DNA of 62,205 bases, filler included, from Choristocarpus tenellus KU-1152 (Eukaryota; Protista; Phaeophyceae), in NCBI GenBank assembly GCA_964200185.2. It is 11 parts of 11 records of this genome, joined end to end, with 100 filler letters (N's around TTAATTAATTAA, not from the genome) between each part and the next. Parts side by side here need not be neighbours in the genome. Positions count along the whole stretch, not along the records: positions 21,605 to 27,220 come from CAXNAD020010240.1; positions 27,321 to 32,420 come from CAXNAD020011873.1; positions 32,521 to 47,156 come from CAXNAD020001146.1; 8 more parts are not named here. The stretch is one strand, 5' to 3'. Numbering within the stretch: position 1 is the stretch's first letter; each line of letters opens with the position of its first letter. The position numbers and the translations under genes are program-made. This document shows positions 22,516-36,250 of this stretch, one piece after another. The notes beneath the pieces are model-generated. The model saw nothing but the letters and a program-made list of their open reading frames with translations, was not told the origin of the DNA and ran no database searches.

Positions 22516-24744
22516 CTAGAGCATACTGAAGTATAGTAATTCACACCAGAAAAAAAAACCCCTAACCCTAACCCTAAAAAGGTTCAAGAAGTAAAAAGTA
22601 GCGTCAGCAAAATTAGGAAGTGGTAATCCACTTGTGATGTGATGCACACTCGGTGTTGTTCTTGCCTGCTGAGCGTTGTTTGTCTGTTGGAGGCTTGTTT
22701 CGCCTTCCTCCCATCCTCCAACTCCAAACGGGTTCCCAGCACTGCTGCAATGACAGACACAACACATAGGTGGGAATGAACACAACACAAAACATAGAAT
22801 CCAGTGCACACGGACATAAATACACCAAACAAACAAAGCACCCACGGTAGATGACACGATGGAAATAAAACGAATCTATCAATAAAAAGATGTGCTTCTG
22901 ATTGATGTGGTGAGTGTGAAATAAAACAAAAAAGAGCCACAGCTCTCTCCTCGAATTTTTGTATCAGAATGCATTAATCCCGCAGAACAAGAAAAGGACC
23001 TGCAACAAAAATTTGACGCGATGCAGTGACTGCTATATATTAATGACAGTAACCTACTCCACAACCAATAGGAGGAATGAAACATCACCTGCTGCATATT
23101 CAGACACTAGAAATGGAATGGAACCAGGGTATGACGCTTTCAGTGCCAGAAGCATACCTTAGAAATCATGTTGAACTGTGATGTCTTCCACCTCCGGTGG
23201 CACATAGTGGAGGGTCGACTACACACCAACAGCCCGAGTTAACCATTTTATATTATTATTATTGATGTTAGGGTTAGGGTATGTATGGATACAGTCATCA
23301 ACATCATCAATAAAAAGAGAGATTGCACTGGCTGGAGTAACTACAAAACCAGGGGCCTCTGATTGCTGACACATGCTGGTCAACTCCTTCTCAACGTCAT
23401 CGCAAGACAACTGGCACCTCTACCAGGAAAGGACTAGAGAGGTCACTAACCAACAGAAGCGGCGCGCGAGTGTGTGACTCAAAACACAAAGAGATTAATG
23501 GGAAAGTGATACTTCAACCAAGCTGTGATACAGCAGATGTATGTATCATTCCAAAACTTTCCACAGCAGCAGTAAAGATCGTTCAAGGCACACCACCTCC
23601 ACCACCTCCACCAACGTCTGCTGAATGCTCTACGTTCTCATCACATTCTCCTTATGGGTTGATTTTCTTACATCAATTGTTCAGTTAAAAAAAAAAATAT
23701 TTCTGTTCTCTTCTTAAGTTGTATCTGGGGGTGAGTGCTTTTCACCTTACCTTTGGAGACTTACTACAACTACTACCTTCTCAAACAAGGGTCTGGGATC
23801 CCTCAGAATAATAATTAATTAATAATAATAATAATATGATAATGGTAACAAAAAATCACTCCAAATACACCTCACAGCGCAGAGTGAGAGAGGTTAGAAG
23901 ATGTTAAGATAGGGGCATGACCATACCCCTTTTCAACCAATGATTCATCGCCTAAGGGCTCTTGACCACAGCAGAACCATATCAATAACGTAATACAACA
24001 TCAATTTTTGTTTTGGGTCCCCTCCACCTCAGGGTACAGCAACACAAAGGATAGGTGTAAGTAAAGACCTGCCAAGAATTCCACCCTTTAAAGTAAATTT
24101 TAATGGGCGACAGTAGTTTGTGTACACTACCCTAACACTCTCTATTCATAGTTTCTCAGGCGTGCTGCATACTGACTCATGAGTATAAAACTAGGGCAAT
24201 AGGAAAGCACAGTTTCACACACGTAAACATACAGGCAGCGAAGTTGAATCGTGCATTCAAACATCTCAGTTCAAAGTTGGTCCCTCAACTCATCAAAGAG
24301 TTGCTTTGGGGATATCGAATCCAATTCTATAGTAGTAGTTGAGCCTGTGCGGAAGAGGTTGCCCTGCCTCAACCAAAACATTTCGACCTATCAAAGACAT
24401 AGCTCTATTTACTGCACACCTCAAGAGACAGAATTTTGCACTATCCCTGAACAACCAACCAAAACCTCACATCCCAACAAAAAAAAAGTTGACCAGAACG
24501 CTACATTAGCCCTGTACTCACAATGTCGAGGCAGCGGCTCCTCCATTTGCAGAGTGTTCAAATGCTTGTCCTTGGAGCAGCTGCTGCCCTCCTGCCCCCC
24601 CCGCCTGAGCCTTCAGAGGTGCTGGGGGTGGCTGTCCCATCGCCCCTCCTTGCTGCAGAGGCAATGGTGGTGCTGTTTGGGACAAGCTCACCCTGTTAGT
24701 GTAGGAGAGAGACTGCATTGATGTGCTCGATAGGCTTGAGAAGG
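22516..24744 (-). CDS. Probable low-complexity exons of an unidentified gene (partial)
   Basis: Exon 24744-24522 (CAG acceptor, GTGAGT donor) has one open frame, rich in Q/P/G/A. It can join in phase 2 to an exon starting at 22741 (CAG acceptor) reading FAGNPFGVGGWEEGETSLQQ. The 3' extent is uncertain. Confidence 0.4.
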
Positions 24745-26953
24745 CTGTGTGCATGGGCAGACAAGAGAGGAAAAATATTAAAAAAAACATCCCTCTAATA
24801 AAAGTGTGTTTTAAATCTCTTCCAGCTGGGAGTAGTAGCCTTGGTTTTCAGTCTGCTAAATAAAAAAAAGGGAAATAAATGCACCAAAATATGTCTCTCT
24901 TGCAATGATATCTTACTATGTTCATACTTAGATGCAGTGGGGGGTTGGGGTGTGAATCCGACCACCAAAAACAGAACATTAGAGACCAACACGTCTCTTT
25001 GCCATACAAACATTTTGAGGTATTGTGACAAAAAATTACCTACATGGAGAGACTGCTGTGTAGGGACACAATCAGCAGCATTTGGAGATTTATGACATCC
25101 TCATGACTCGAGCACCATTGCCATTGTGGCCAATAAATAAAAAAATGAGATTTAGATTAAAAAAGAGTGTACTGAGAACATAAGCGGAAAAAAAAAGATA
25201 AAAGGTCAGGGGGTGAATGTATCCAGTAATAACACAATTACAACACAAAAAAACATAACACAATTACAACACAAAAAAACAGGTGTTATTGCTGCACCAC
25301 CGTCTCTCCTACCTGCTAACCTTGACAAGAATGCTCAGTCATTTTTGGGGGCTTGGAACGAGTGGGGGACTAGAGTGAGTGTGTGTGATCTACCTTTGGA
25401 AGGAGTGTAAGGTAGATAAGCTATAATGTTCGTGGCTACTGCATGAGAACAACTCACTCAGAAGGAACCTACAGCACTAAGCAGTCATACTTGTGGAGAA
25501 CACTCAATTGTCTTACTGGGACAGTTGTTCCAAAATTGAGGGGGTAGGAGATGTTTCAGAGTACATGAATCCTAGTGGGTGAACTTGAAGAATAGGCCAT
25601 TTAATTGGTCAAAATGTTGCTCTTGAAAGCACACTACATGGCAAAAGGTCATTACTCACGATCAACTGAAGGAGTCTTCTGCCCTTGAACCTGTGCCTGA
25701 CCCTGCTGAAGTTTCCCCCCCCCCCCCCCCACCCCCCCACCGAAGGGGTCCTCCCCCCCTTAACCCTCGCCCCCCCCCCCCGAAGTTTCCCCCCCCCCCC
25801 CCCCCACCCCCAGCCATGAAGTCACATCAGATGCCAGACATCACCAATAGAAGGCAAGATTGGGATGAGTTCCCACACACATGCAGATAAAGTCCAGGTA
25901 GGGGGTACATACAGTCAGTGAAGGGGGAAGGGTTGGTTTCATCTGATGGCCATCAATAGAAGGGCCCTAACACTATCAAGTATTCAAACCAATCATAGTC
26001 CTTACAACTTTGTGTGTGTGCGTGTGTGGGGGGGGGGGGTCATCGATTAAATTAACATTACAACTCCTGAATCGGAAAATCCACGTTTTTTTTTTTTGAG
26101 AATTTTTAACATAGAAAAGGGACACATGGTCATTTATGGGGATGCATTGGATGGCGACCATGTTCTAAACATTAGCCTTTGAAGAGGCATGTGTTAAAAA
26201 AATAATGTCACCTTGTCATCAAAGCTCTGTAGTGCCCAAAGCCACCAACAAAAACTCATCCCTAATAGACACAGGGAACCATTAGCCGCCGATTCTCAAA
26301 CACCTAGAAACTTCATGCTATATATTTGAATCGCCCCCCCCCCTCCCTGCCCAAACAACAGGCACACTCTCCTTCACACAGGATGAGGATTGTCTGTGTT
26401 TGAGGTATCAAGTGCATTTCATTACGCAAGTGATGTCGTGTGGGAGCATCACATTGTGCACTACCATGCCTCTGTGGCACCAAACACCAACACCAGTAAC
26501 ATCAATTAGTTCCGTAACTGTCATTCCCTTCCCGGATGACTCCCTTAACAAACCCATGTAACCCTTCATCCACCCAACCACCTCACCCACCAACACAGAC
26601 ACCACGAATACCGAGAGATACCAGTTGCGTCGATTACTTTGTACAAGACCTATGCAGCGATAACAAGCGCTACATAATCCTCAATCCTTCCTATTTATGT
26701 GCAGGCGTACGCCCAACAGAAGGCAGAAACACAAGCACCATGATTCGAAACCACAATAAAATAAAAAATAAGAGACAATTCCACCTTCTCGTTTCCCTAG
26801 CCCTAGCCCTAGCCCCCCACAACTTCCATCAAGATGACAACAATCTTCCAGTGCTACGTACCACCACCATCACCACAAACATAGCTTCATCATTTCTCCT
26901 GAATAAAGAGAGGAGGTACAGACCCAATTCTTCCCACCCTCCCAATGAACCTG

Positions 26954-27061
26954 CTAGAGCCGACAACACTAACAATTTGGCACTTTTGAGTACAGTACCA
27001 AGTACTAGAACCGACAACACCAACAATTTGGCACTTTTGAGTACAGTACCAAGTACTAGAA
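26954..27061. repeat. 51-bp tandem repeat, 2 copies
   Basis: CTAGA(G/A)CCGACAACAC(T/C)AACAATTTGGCACTTTTGAGTACAGTACCAAGTA twice. Confidence 0.9.
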
Positions 27062-27749
27062 ACGCCTCTGTACCCCTAGAACTTCTGATGAGAACCCCCT
27101 CGTGTATCAAATTGCACACAACAACCGCAACCCAAAAACCTCTCACCTCATGACAAAAAAAAAGCGGAGGGGGGGGGGGGGGACAAACACACAAAACCGA
27201 ACCACCCCATGTGAATAAATNNNNNNNNNNNNNNNNNNNNNNNNNNNNNNNNNNNNNNNNNNNNTTAATTAATTAANNNNNNNNNNNNNNNNNNNNNNNN
27301 NNNNNNNNNNNNNNNNNNNNAAGTGTGGGTCCTTCCCCTCCAGTGGGGAAAAAAAAACCCCCCGTTGCCTTAACCCCCCCCCCCCCCCCCCCCCCCCAAA
27401 AAAAAGGAAAAAAAAACAATTATCTTTGTTGATTATTAGACTCAATATAATTGTGACCAAGATGCGGCCGTTCAAAAGTGAGGGAGCAGGGACATACATT
27501 GCCAATCTCGAGCCTCAAATGACCGATTCCTAATCTGATTCCTGATTCAGCACCAAGAACCAAATTTCAAAAAAAACACTTGTAGATAAAATGTTCCCAT
27601 TTCCCACCAACTAGCTAACTAACTAACTCGTCATTCAAAACCTGAATCTTTACATTTTTGTAAGATACACAATACGCCATGGAGCTATATGAATATATAT
27701 ATATAGAGAGAGAAAATAAGAAAACAGGAAACGATCACTCAAAGCTTGC

Positions 27750-27830
27750 CATATACATACATATGTACATACATACACAATATGCACATACATACATACA
27801 TACATACATACATACATACAAACATACAGC
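27750..27830. repeat. (TACA)n-type microsatellite
   Basis: Runs of ATACATACATAC. Confidence 0.85.
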
Positions 27831-28154
27831 TCTATATGACATACACCCCACAACGACGGCAACATTAACATTCTTGATCTACCAGTCCGATTCACCAAAT
27901 GCCTTCACCCACATCAAGAACTCCTAAACAAAAAAAAAAGCAATTGACTTGGTGATAGGACAACATACTGCACTGACTCAAGAGGAAATGAGATGTACCC
28001 AGAGTTCCATTATAAGGATGAAAAAAATACACAAAAAAATGGATGTTCACAAATAGGAACAAAATCAATTTTATTTTTACAAATGTGTGTAGGACACAAT
28101 TTTCTTTTTTCCTATCATGTCAAAAAAATTCAAAACTCCCTCCCGGACATTGAA

Positions 28155-28186
<32 letters not shown>

Positions 28187-28481
28187 ATCAGAACACAAAT
28201 CAACCACGTATGGACAGATAGTCCCCTACATAAAAATCAGCACTGTGTACCCCTGCTGTTGTGACATTTCCACAACAAAAACTACAAAAGATCGTGTGTT
28301 ACAAAAAAAAAAAATGATCGATTTTAGCAGCGATTCAAGAGGCAATTACTTTTTGAATGTTCAAATATAATCCCGGCGGTGGGTTCTTCAACAACATCTC
28401 GCTGTACTTCCAGATACATTTTCGAGCTGTTCGTCAGTTACAGCAGGGCACACAAGTCAGTCAACCCGCCTTAATATCGAG

Positions 28482-28630
28482 CACACCAACACACACACAC
28501 ACAAACATACACACACAAACATACACCAACACAAACACAAACACAAACACAAACACACACACACACACACACACACACCAACACAAACATACACACACAT
28601 AGACACAGACAAACACAAACATACAAAAAG
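28482..28630. repeat. (CA)n/(ACAAAC)n compound microsatellite
   Basis: Direct inspection. Confidence 0.9.
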
Positions 28631-29002
28631 CAACACCCAAATCCTTGGCACAAGGAAAGGGAATCGATCCAAAAAGAGGAAAAAAATAAACCACTGTAGA
28701 CAACCACCGTGTACTTAAAAAAACACCAACAAAAAAAATAAAAATACACACACACACACACACATACACACACAATCCAATCAAGAAAATCAAACGGGCC
28801 GTATCATTTGCAAAAAAAACAATAAAAATCTCGAGTGAAAAATTCTGATTTTTTTTTTTGCTCCAAAAAAAAAAATTCCCTGTAGCAAACGAACTTAGCA
28901 CAACGCAGCGAGTAGCGTCTCTTTCCCACGAAATTTCCCTTGATACAGACCCCTTCAACCGCAGACGCAATACACTTAACTAACCTAAACCGCCTCCCTC
29001 AC

Positions 29003-31574
29003 ATTCTAAACCCCCTCGACACAGATGCCTTCGCTGCAATCTTTCTCCCTGCAGGAGACCTGGACGACACCGGGGTCCCCCTGCCCTTGGGCGTGGATCC
29101 ACCCTTCTGTGCAGGAGAGACCTCCATGTGATGGCCACCAACAGTATCGAATCCGTTACTCTCACCAAGCATGAGCTGTGCATGAAGATGAGGTAACAGG
29201 CGAGAGAGTATGAGAGAAGGGGGAGGGGAGAGACATTGACTGATGAGGATGGAGTATAATAACTCAGGTCACTAACTTTGCAAAATGCTCGACTCCCTGG
29301 CATCTGAGTCTGTATTGAAGGTTGATAGACCACACTGTTCCCATCAGGACAGGTAGTCACGATATTGTCGGCACATATTATGTGCATGTAGACGATGTTT
29401 ATGAGAAACTAAATACCTTACAGGCTTTCAAGCATTGACATTACCACTCTTCCTTCAGGACAGGTAGTCACGATATTGTCGGCACATATTATGTGCATGT
29501 AGTCGATGTTTATGAGAAACTAAACACCTGATAGCTCTTCAATCATTCATGCATCACTGTTCCGTCAAGGCAGATACAGCTGCACCATCATCTTCCCCAA
29601 AGGAAAAGTAATACATCAATGACTGAAAGGCTATTGGTTACTTAGGTACTTATAAACATGGGCTACACCCACAAAATATGCGCACACAATACCATAACCC
29701 CCCGCCATGGCAGAACAGTGGTACATCAATACTTGACCACCTACCAGGTCCTTAAGATACTCCAAACATGAGTTACATGTATACAATATGTGCATACAAT
29801 ACCCAAGCATTCGACCCAGTGGAACAGCGACCTCTCTCAATACTAGATGGCCTACAAAGAATTTAGGTGCACTTAAACATGGGCTACATGCACATAAGAA
29901 CATAAGCACACAGTATCCTTCAAAGCACATATTGAAAACTGAATACCATAACCCTAACATAAAAAACGCCATCTACCTAACAATAATACACATCCCATTC
30001 AACTATCCACATAGGCAGACCGATCACTCAATCGAGGAGTTCAACCTGAGGACACTAGGACTGTAAATCACATTCAAAATCCAAAAACGCATTCACTACT
30101 GCTTTGATCCAAATCAATTTACAATTACAATAATATTGCCTAGACCTATTTTTTTTCTTCAAATAACCCTATTCAACTTTCCACGCATGAGGCGACACGC
30201 ACCAAACACACTAAACACACCATACACACTAAACACACCATACACACTAAACGCACCAAACGCACACAAGTTGTCAAGGCGCACATGTCACCACAAGGTA
30301 ATGACTCCAAAGCCTACAGGGGTCTCAGCAAGCAGATCTAAACCCATTAACAGTGATGTGTGTAGTGAGTTGTGGGTATCAGTAGAAAAACTCTGTGACC
30401 AACATCTCATTCTGTGACCTCTGACTCGCTCAGCACCCACAAGCCTCCTTCTGCATGTCTTGCATGTTTTATTAACATAACCGAATACTCCATTTTTTTC
30501 AATTCAGTTATTTACAGTTATTCTGAGTAATCAAACTGTTCAGATCCACAACACTAACAATGACAGCTACAAAAACAACTCTAAACAGTAAAATTATATA
30601 TATATATATTGGAACTTTCTCAGGAAAAAAAATTGTGTCCAAGGCAAGTCACGGTTGCACACCATGCCAGTTACAGGTGATGATAACTACACCCCTTTCA
30701 AGTCTGAGTCAACCCCAACTCTTACCCCAACCCTATATTCAGAAATTCATTCCCCACCTGGCAATTCTATCTACTGAACAGTACAATGTAATCCAACATC
30801 GCCCTGTAGCTGTAGCCACAGCTCTGTAGCACTCATCAGAGTCATATACTTTTCCATTGGCTCTAATCCTTACGCTTTGTCTGTCAAACACAATGTCAAA
30901 AATTAAACTACCTGACCAAAACACACACACACACACACACGCACACGCATGCACACACACACAAACAATTCACCTGTTTCCATCGACTCGTGAGAAAAAT
31001 AATAATAATAAAAAATATAGCTCTAGATCTCCAAACGATAGATCCGGAGCCCTAAAATAAAATCTTCGACATCTATCCACAATGATGAAAAAAATAAAAA
31101 CGGAAACTTCTCACAAGAAGACCCATCAGCAGAGACGTCCCGAGGTAGCCACAACAGCAGTACCTCTTCATCCCAACAGTAACATTGCTGAATTGAACAA
31201 AAGTCATATATCGTCATAAGAAAATACCCCCGAACTTATTCCAGAGCTCCCAAGCTGGGAGACCTTCGAGCAAATACACCACTTTGAATTACAGTAGTGC
31301 AATATAAAACAAATATTACTATCTTATGAATTTAGATAGTAATAATAATAATTATTATAATTATTATATATAGTAATATATTACAAACATTAATAGCATT
31401 GGCCAGTGAATAGTCGCAGTGGCCAGGGGGTAGGGTCACAAATAAAAATAATGAACTTATTGCTCATCTCACCATCCTGAGGAAATCGCTCTTACTGGAC
31501 AGCATCAACTCACGTAGGTCTCCATGCAGAGTGTCATTGTTTTTCTCCAAGAACCCTGTTGAGCAATATGTAAC
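29003..31574 (-). CDS. Myosin heavy chain, two internal motor-domain exons (partial)
   Basis: Exon 31574-31473 reads VTYCSTGFLEKNNDTLHGDLRELMLSSKSDFLRM (conserved VxY..GFLEKNxDxL motif). It joins in phase 0 to exon 29175-29003, LMLGESNGF...GRKIAAKASVSRGFR (actin-binding loop 2 followed by the conserved SVS..F+ helix). Both have CAG/GTGAG splice sites. Confidence 0.85.
29341..29530. repeat. Near-identical ~78-bp direct repeat (period ~111 bp) in myosin intron
   Basis: TCAGGACAGGTAGTCACGATATTGTCGGCACATATTATGTGCATGTAG..CGATGTTTATGAGAAACTAAA.ACCT occurs twice. Confidence 0.85.
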
Positions 31575-32720
31575 CTGAAGGTAGAGGAGACAAGTCACAC
31601 ACACACACACATAAATACACACACACAGAGAGAGAGAGACAGACACCCACATATATATATTTCTATACTGTAAAGTATATACAAAGTATAAAAAAGAGAA
31701 AATTAAATAAAAAAAACGACTTAAAAAAAAAGGCAAAACAACAATAGTTACCCCGAATAAAATAATAAACAGCAATACAAATCACAGTTTAAAAAAAACA
31801 AAAAAAAACACACACACACACAAGAACATAGTTGTGCAGTACATGCCATCACGAACAAAGCGTTTGTTTGTCAATTTTGTCCGGGAATCTTTGATTCCAA
31901 GCACAAAAAATTCATGCTCGAAAGCAAAATACTTCACAATTCCACACAATTCAGACCAAATAGTGGGGAAAGAATCTTCCACATAAAAGGAAAAACCTGC
32001 CCTTCAAGTTATATATATACATATATATTTATTTTCCAAAGCTCCATATTCATACACATGGTGAACACACTTGCCTTAAACGGTCCCAACTCCAATACCA
32101 ACTGAGTCATCATCACAACACTGCAGCAACACCAGGCAAGGAACAGGCAAAGAACACTACAAAAAACGCATACGTCCTACGCAACAGTCTACAACAACAA
32201 CAGTTACGGTTTAACGGTTTAACCATCACCCACACTTGCACGACCCTGCAAGACAAGACCCATCAACCAAACATACAAACACACACCACACACACACATC
32301 AAAATGGTTGTTGTTGTACCAATCACAACAACTACCAACAAATTTCTCCAGACTCGAGTGAAAAAAATCGGAACTCCCTCAATCAGTAAAATTACCCACC
32401 CCCCCTCCCCCCCTCCCCCCNNNNNNNNNNNNNNNNNNNNNNNNNNNNNNNNNNNNNNNNNNNNTTAATTAATTAANNNNNNNNNNNNNNNNNNNNNNNN
32501 NNNNNNNNNNNNNNNNNNNNTTACACGCCTTATGCCTCCCCTTCCCCCCCCCCCCATAATGATCTCTCGCAATTGCAGTCGTACCCTCGTACCCCCGAAT
32601 GAAAAATACTTGGCACCTTGTACCAATCAACAACACAAACTTTGATGTAGGAATACATGTTTTCGGATATACAAAAACAATTTCATGTCCTCAACTTTTT
32701 TAAAAATTGTATATTTGACC

Positions 32721-32940
32721 TAATCCATGTTTTGGTCTGAAATCTTGTGGAACTCGTATTGTGGTCTTACATCTTTTGGAACTCGTATTATTACGAGTTC
32801 CATCAAATCCATATTTTGTGGTCTTACATCTTTCGGAACTCGTATTTATACGAGTTCCAGCAAAGACTAATCCATATTAGGTCTTAAACCTTTTGAAACT
32901 CGTATGAACACCAGATCCACAAAAGACTAATCCATCTTAT
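32721..32940. repeat. ~60-bp tandem units containing a palindrome
   Basis: Unit TAATCCAT...GGTCTTACATCTTT.GGAACTCGTA-N4-TACGAGTTCC..CAAAGAC. Perfect stems at 32777-32802 and 32835-32858. Confidence 0.8.
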
Positions 32941-35746
32941 GATAAAATTTTTAACATTGATCCATTCGTCCATGCGACTTTTAGGAAATTGGTCCATTCC
33001 TTAGTCTCACCCAACAAATCCTACTCGCCAATGTTTCCCTCCCTCGTCCTCCTTTCCCAACGTCCGCACCCCTTTTGCGACTCTCCAGTTCTAACGCCGC
33101 ACAAGCTCACGATGGTGGAGTGAGAAAGGTTCACATAACAACCTTGCATATCACTTTCACCTAATCAATGATGCTGGCGAATTCGGGCCGATTGGTTCAG
33201 AACTACAATGCGAACCTTCTTGATACGAAGAGGGTGAGCGCCATGGTCTTGAAGGTTGTAAAGGACCGGAAGGATGCGGCAAAAACGCTGTGCAGCATTC
33301 TAGGCAGTCAACAATTCTCCTTCTGCTCAAAGTGGGAAAATCAAACCGACTTGAAGAGGTCCATGCGGGCAGGTGGGGCTACCGAAAACTGTCCCACCGA
33401 CCACATGCTCGGCGAGAACATCGAGAACAGGTCCTTAACCCGTTCTATTGATGGTGGACGTAAAGATGCCGACAAGGACGAAAACCTTTTCTTTTGTCTC
33501 AATGGTCAGCACCGCGCCATGAAGTTGAGGGCACTTGCAAGACGAGCCAAGAACAAGATGTAGAGGTTGGGGGATGTGAAAAAGCTGGTGACGCAGGATT
33601 TGACCCACAGCATCCTTATGTCTCTAGTGAACGACGATGATACCAGATACGCTTGGAAGATCACGACTGGTCCGATATCGTCGATATGGCCGCTGGCGTC
33701 TTTGCACAGGAAGCTGGGTCTAGACTGCAACAAGACACACTCTCCCTGTTCTACGTGCCACCCAATGCGAAACAGGGGTCATTCGAGGCTTGGGTGGTGA
33801 AGAAGGGGCGGCATGTCCCTCGGAGGAAGACGAAAAAGGCGAGGACATTGAACCACCTAAGCGAACAGTGAAGAAAAAGACGGAGAAAGCCAAATATGTG
33901 CTACCTGCGGAGGTGGGAGTTAAACTCATGTCCACGGTCCAATTTTCCATCGAGATTAACCTTTTCAATTGTTCACCATACTATACCTGACTTTTTCCGG
34001 ACGTTCCGCCCCTATCATGTGCGTTCCTTTCTTAACAAATGTTGAAACGAGACAGTACAAGTCAAGAATCGTACTTCAAGGAGTAGATGGCGCGGAAGTC
34101 TTCCCTTTGATCGGAAGAAGATCGAAAGGTGTCACTTTCGCAAATGACGACGCGGGTGATACAGGTGAGCATAACATTGGGATACATGTAGTGCGTTCGC
34201 CCTCTCTTGCGTGTTTTGGATTGCATCAGAAAATTTCAGTAGGATATCTCTTGCCCCGTTCCTTATTCGCTTGTGTGGCACTGAAGGTAGAGTGGTGAAC
34301 AAGGGGAACGGACGTTGACATTTGTGAATGCAACTAGCTAGTTCCGGCGTGCCAAAAACTTTTGTACTTTTTTTACAAATCCGTACTGTCACGGTTTGCA
34401 CGGATAAGACTTATTTAACTCAAATTAGGCTACCAAAAAAGTATTACAAAGGGCACCGTTTGGGGCAACTTGTATATAACTTGGAAACAGTTTTTCACGG
34501 CTTGGCTTTAAAACATCAACCGGGACAGGTCAATGGAAGCTTATGCTAAGAAGCAGGTCTTATGCGCAAATGAGTTTGAAAATGTGTATCGTGCTTAGAG
34601 GTTTAATCATGTACACCCTAAAAGTCCAACACAATTCAAACCAAAGACCAGCCAAAGAAAGTAGCCGCACACCTCACAACAACTTTCGATCCTACCCTTT
34701 TGCGTTGGGGTAGTGTAAATATTATGTAAGCCTACGAGATTGATCATGTTGACCCACATGCCTGAAGTCTACCGCATGCTTTCTCTTTTAACTCTATATA
34801 CCTCATTCCAATGCTTTTTGTGACGCTGTCTTGACTATTCTTTTGCGTTCCAATGTATTCCGGCTTCTTCAAGATCGATTATGGGATTACTAATGAATTT
34901 CTTGAAGATTGCACAATGCTTTGTTGAGATATGGTTTTGAAAAGGAGTGCATCAGGAGCGGAATTTTCAAAAAACGAAACCCGACAGTAACATTCAATGT
35001 TCTTAAACAGGTGATTGACTGTCATGGGTTTTTGGTGGCGAAGACAGGAGTTAAGGCCAAACCCATCATTGTTGACGATTACTGCTGTCCACCGTGCTAT
35101 CCTCAAGGGGTGCAATAATCGGGGCGAAATCACAAGGCGTACGTTGCAAATGGAGGATATAAATATCCTCATCAAGAGAAAGGCCATGTTCCTGTGCGGT
35201 GTGGAAGCAGAGGAATGGAGTGACCGATATTCGTCGCCTCATAACTTGTGGCACATTCTGACAGAAAGGTTCCCCAGGCTACGGGGTTGGTGGAAGATGG
35301 AAGACGGACACCGTTTCGAAAGTTTAAGCGACATGATGGAGAAGAAAATCCAAAGTAAGAACTAGAGTAGTAGAATATCAAACTTTGATTATTTCAACGA
35401 ATGATTAGGGTAAAAGCTGGTACTATCGAATAGGTACACTTGATTAATACCCTAGGTGAATAGTTTGGATCGAGTCAATGTCTTCAACATTGTGTTTGGT
35501 AACGGTGTTGTTGGGTTAGAACCATGTACACTTGATGGATACTTGTGTCAGTAATCTGGACCGAGTCCTTTACATTTTTTGGTAACGGTGTTGTTGGGTT
35601 AGGAGACTGTGAAGCGATATCGCGACACCTAGTGCCTAGATACGTCCTACGGTCCCAAGGAGTGACTGGCATTGTGGTCTTCATTGATTTTCAGATCTTG
35701 AGCTTAACTAGCTAGATTAACAGGTCAACCTCTCTTGGTCGATAAA

Positions 35747-36250
35747 TTACATGCGTTTCGAGGTTGTGTAAAATGCAGTTGCTGCTGCGTGTTAGACCTC
35801 GAATGATCTGTTGTTGGTCTTGTGTTTAACATGATTTTGATGGACTGAGGTCTATCCTTGGATTGGTGTGATTTATGTGTGTTATGGTTTATAGTTTCAC
35901 CATTGCCTGTTAAAGTTAACCGCAAAATTTAACACCCGATATCTAATCGACGTTCACATATTCCATTATGACCGGTAATGTATTGTATATTTTACATCAT
36001 TTCGAGTGTGCGTAAAATGCAATTGCTGCTGTATGTTACACCTCGAATGATTTGTTGTTGGTCTTGTGTTCAACGTGATGTTGCTGGACTGAGGTCTATC
36101 CATGGATGTGTGTTATTTACGTGTGTTACGGTTTATAGTTTCACCATTGCCAGTTAAAGTTAACCGCAAAATTTCACACCCGATATCTAATCGATGTTCA
36201 CATGTTCCTTCATGACCGGTACTGTATTATATAACTTACAGCATTTGGAG
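35747..36250. repeat. 244-bp tandem duplication
   Basis: GTAAAATGCA at 35768 and 36012 and ATGACCGGTA at 35968 and 36212. The copies are colinear throughout with scattered mismatches. Confidence 0.9.

Noticed and set aside
22177-23280. CCCTAA/TTAGGG telomere-like repeats
   Set aside because: Only 2-3 units each, interstitial and scattered (also near 53909 and 57160). Not a chromosome end.
26536-27153. 205-aa ORF, the longest plus-strand ORF in this contig
   Set aside because: Compositionally biased (A/C-rich strand), includes the 51-bp tandem repeat and has no domain signal. Probably the antisense strand of intronic DNA.
28330-28430. Candidate next myosin exon after 29003
   Set aside because: A phase-compatible acceptor exists, but the translation lacks the expected QLxxL…PHYIRCIKPN motif.
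28457-28970. Cys/Val-rich minus-strand ORFs
   Set aside because: Translations of (GT)n microsatellite.
32721-32940. Palindromic repeats as CRISPR direct repeats
   Set aside because: Sequence between the palindromes is itself repeated rather than unique. Kept only as a repeat-array finding.
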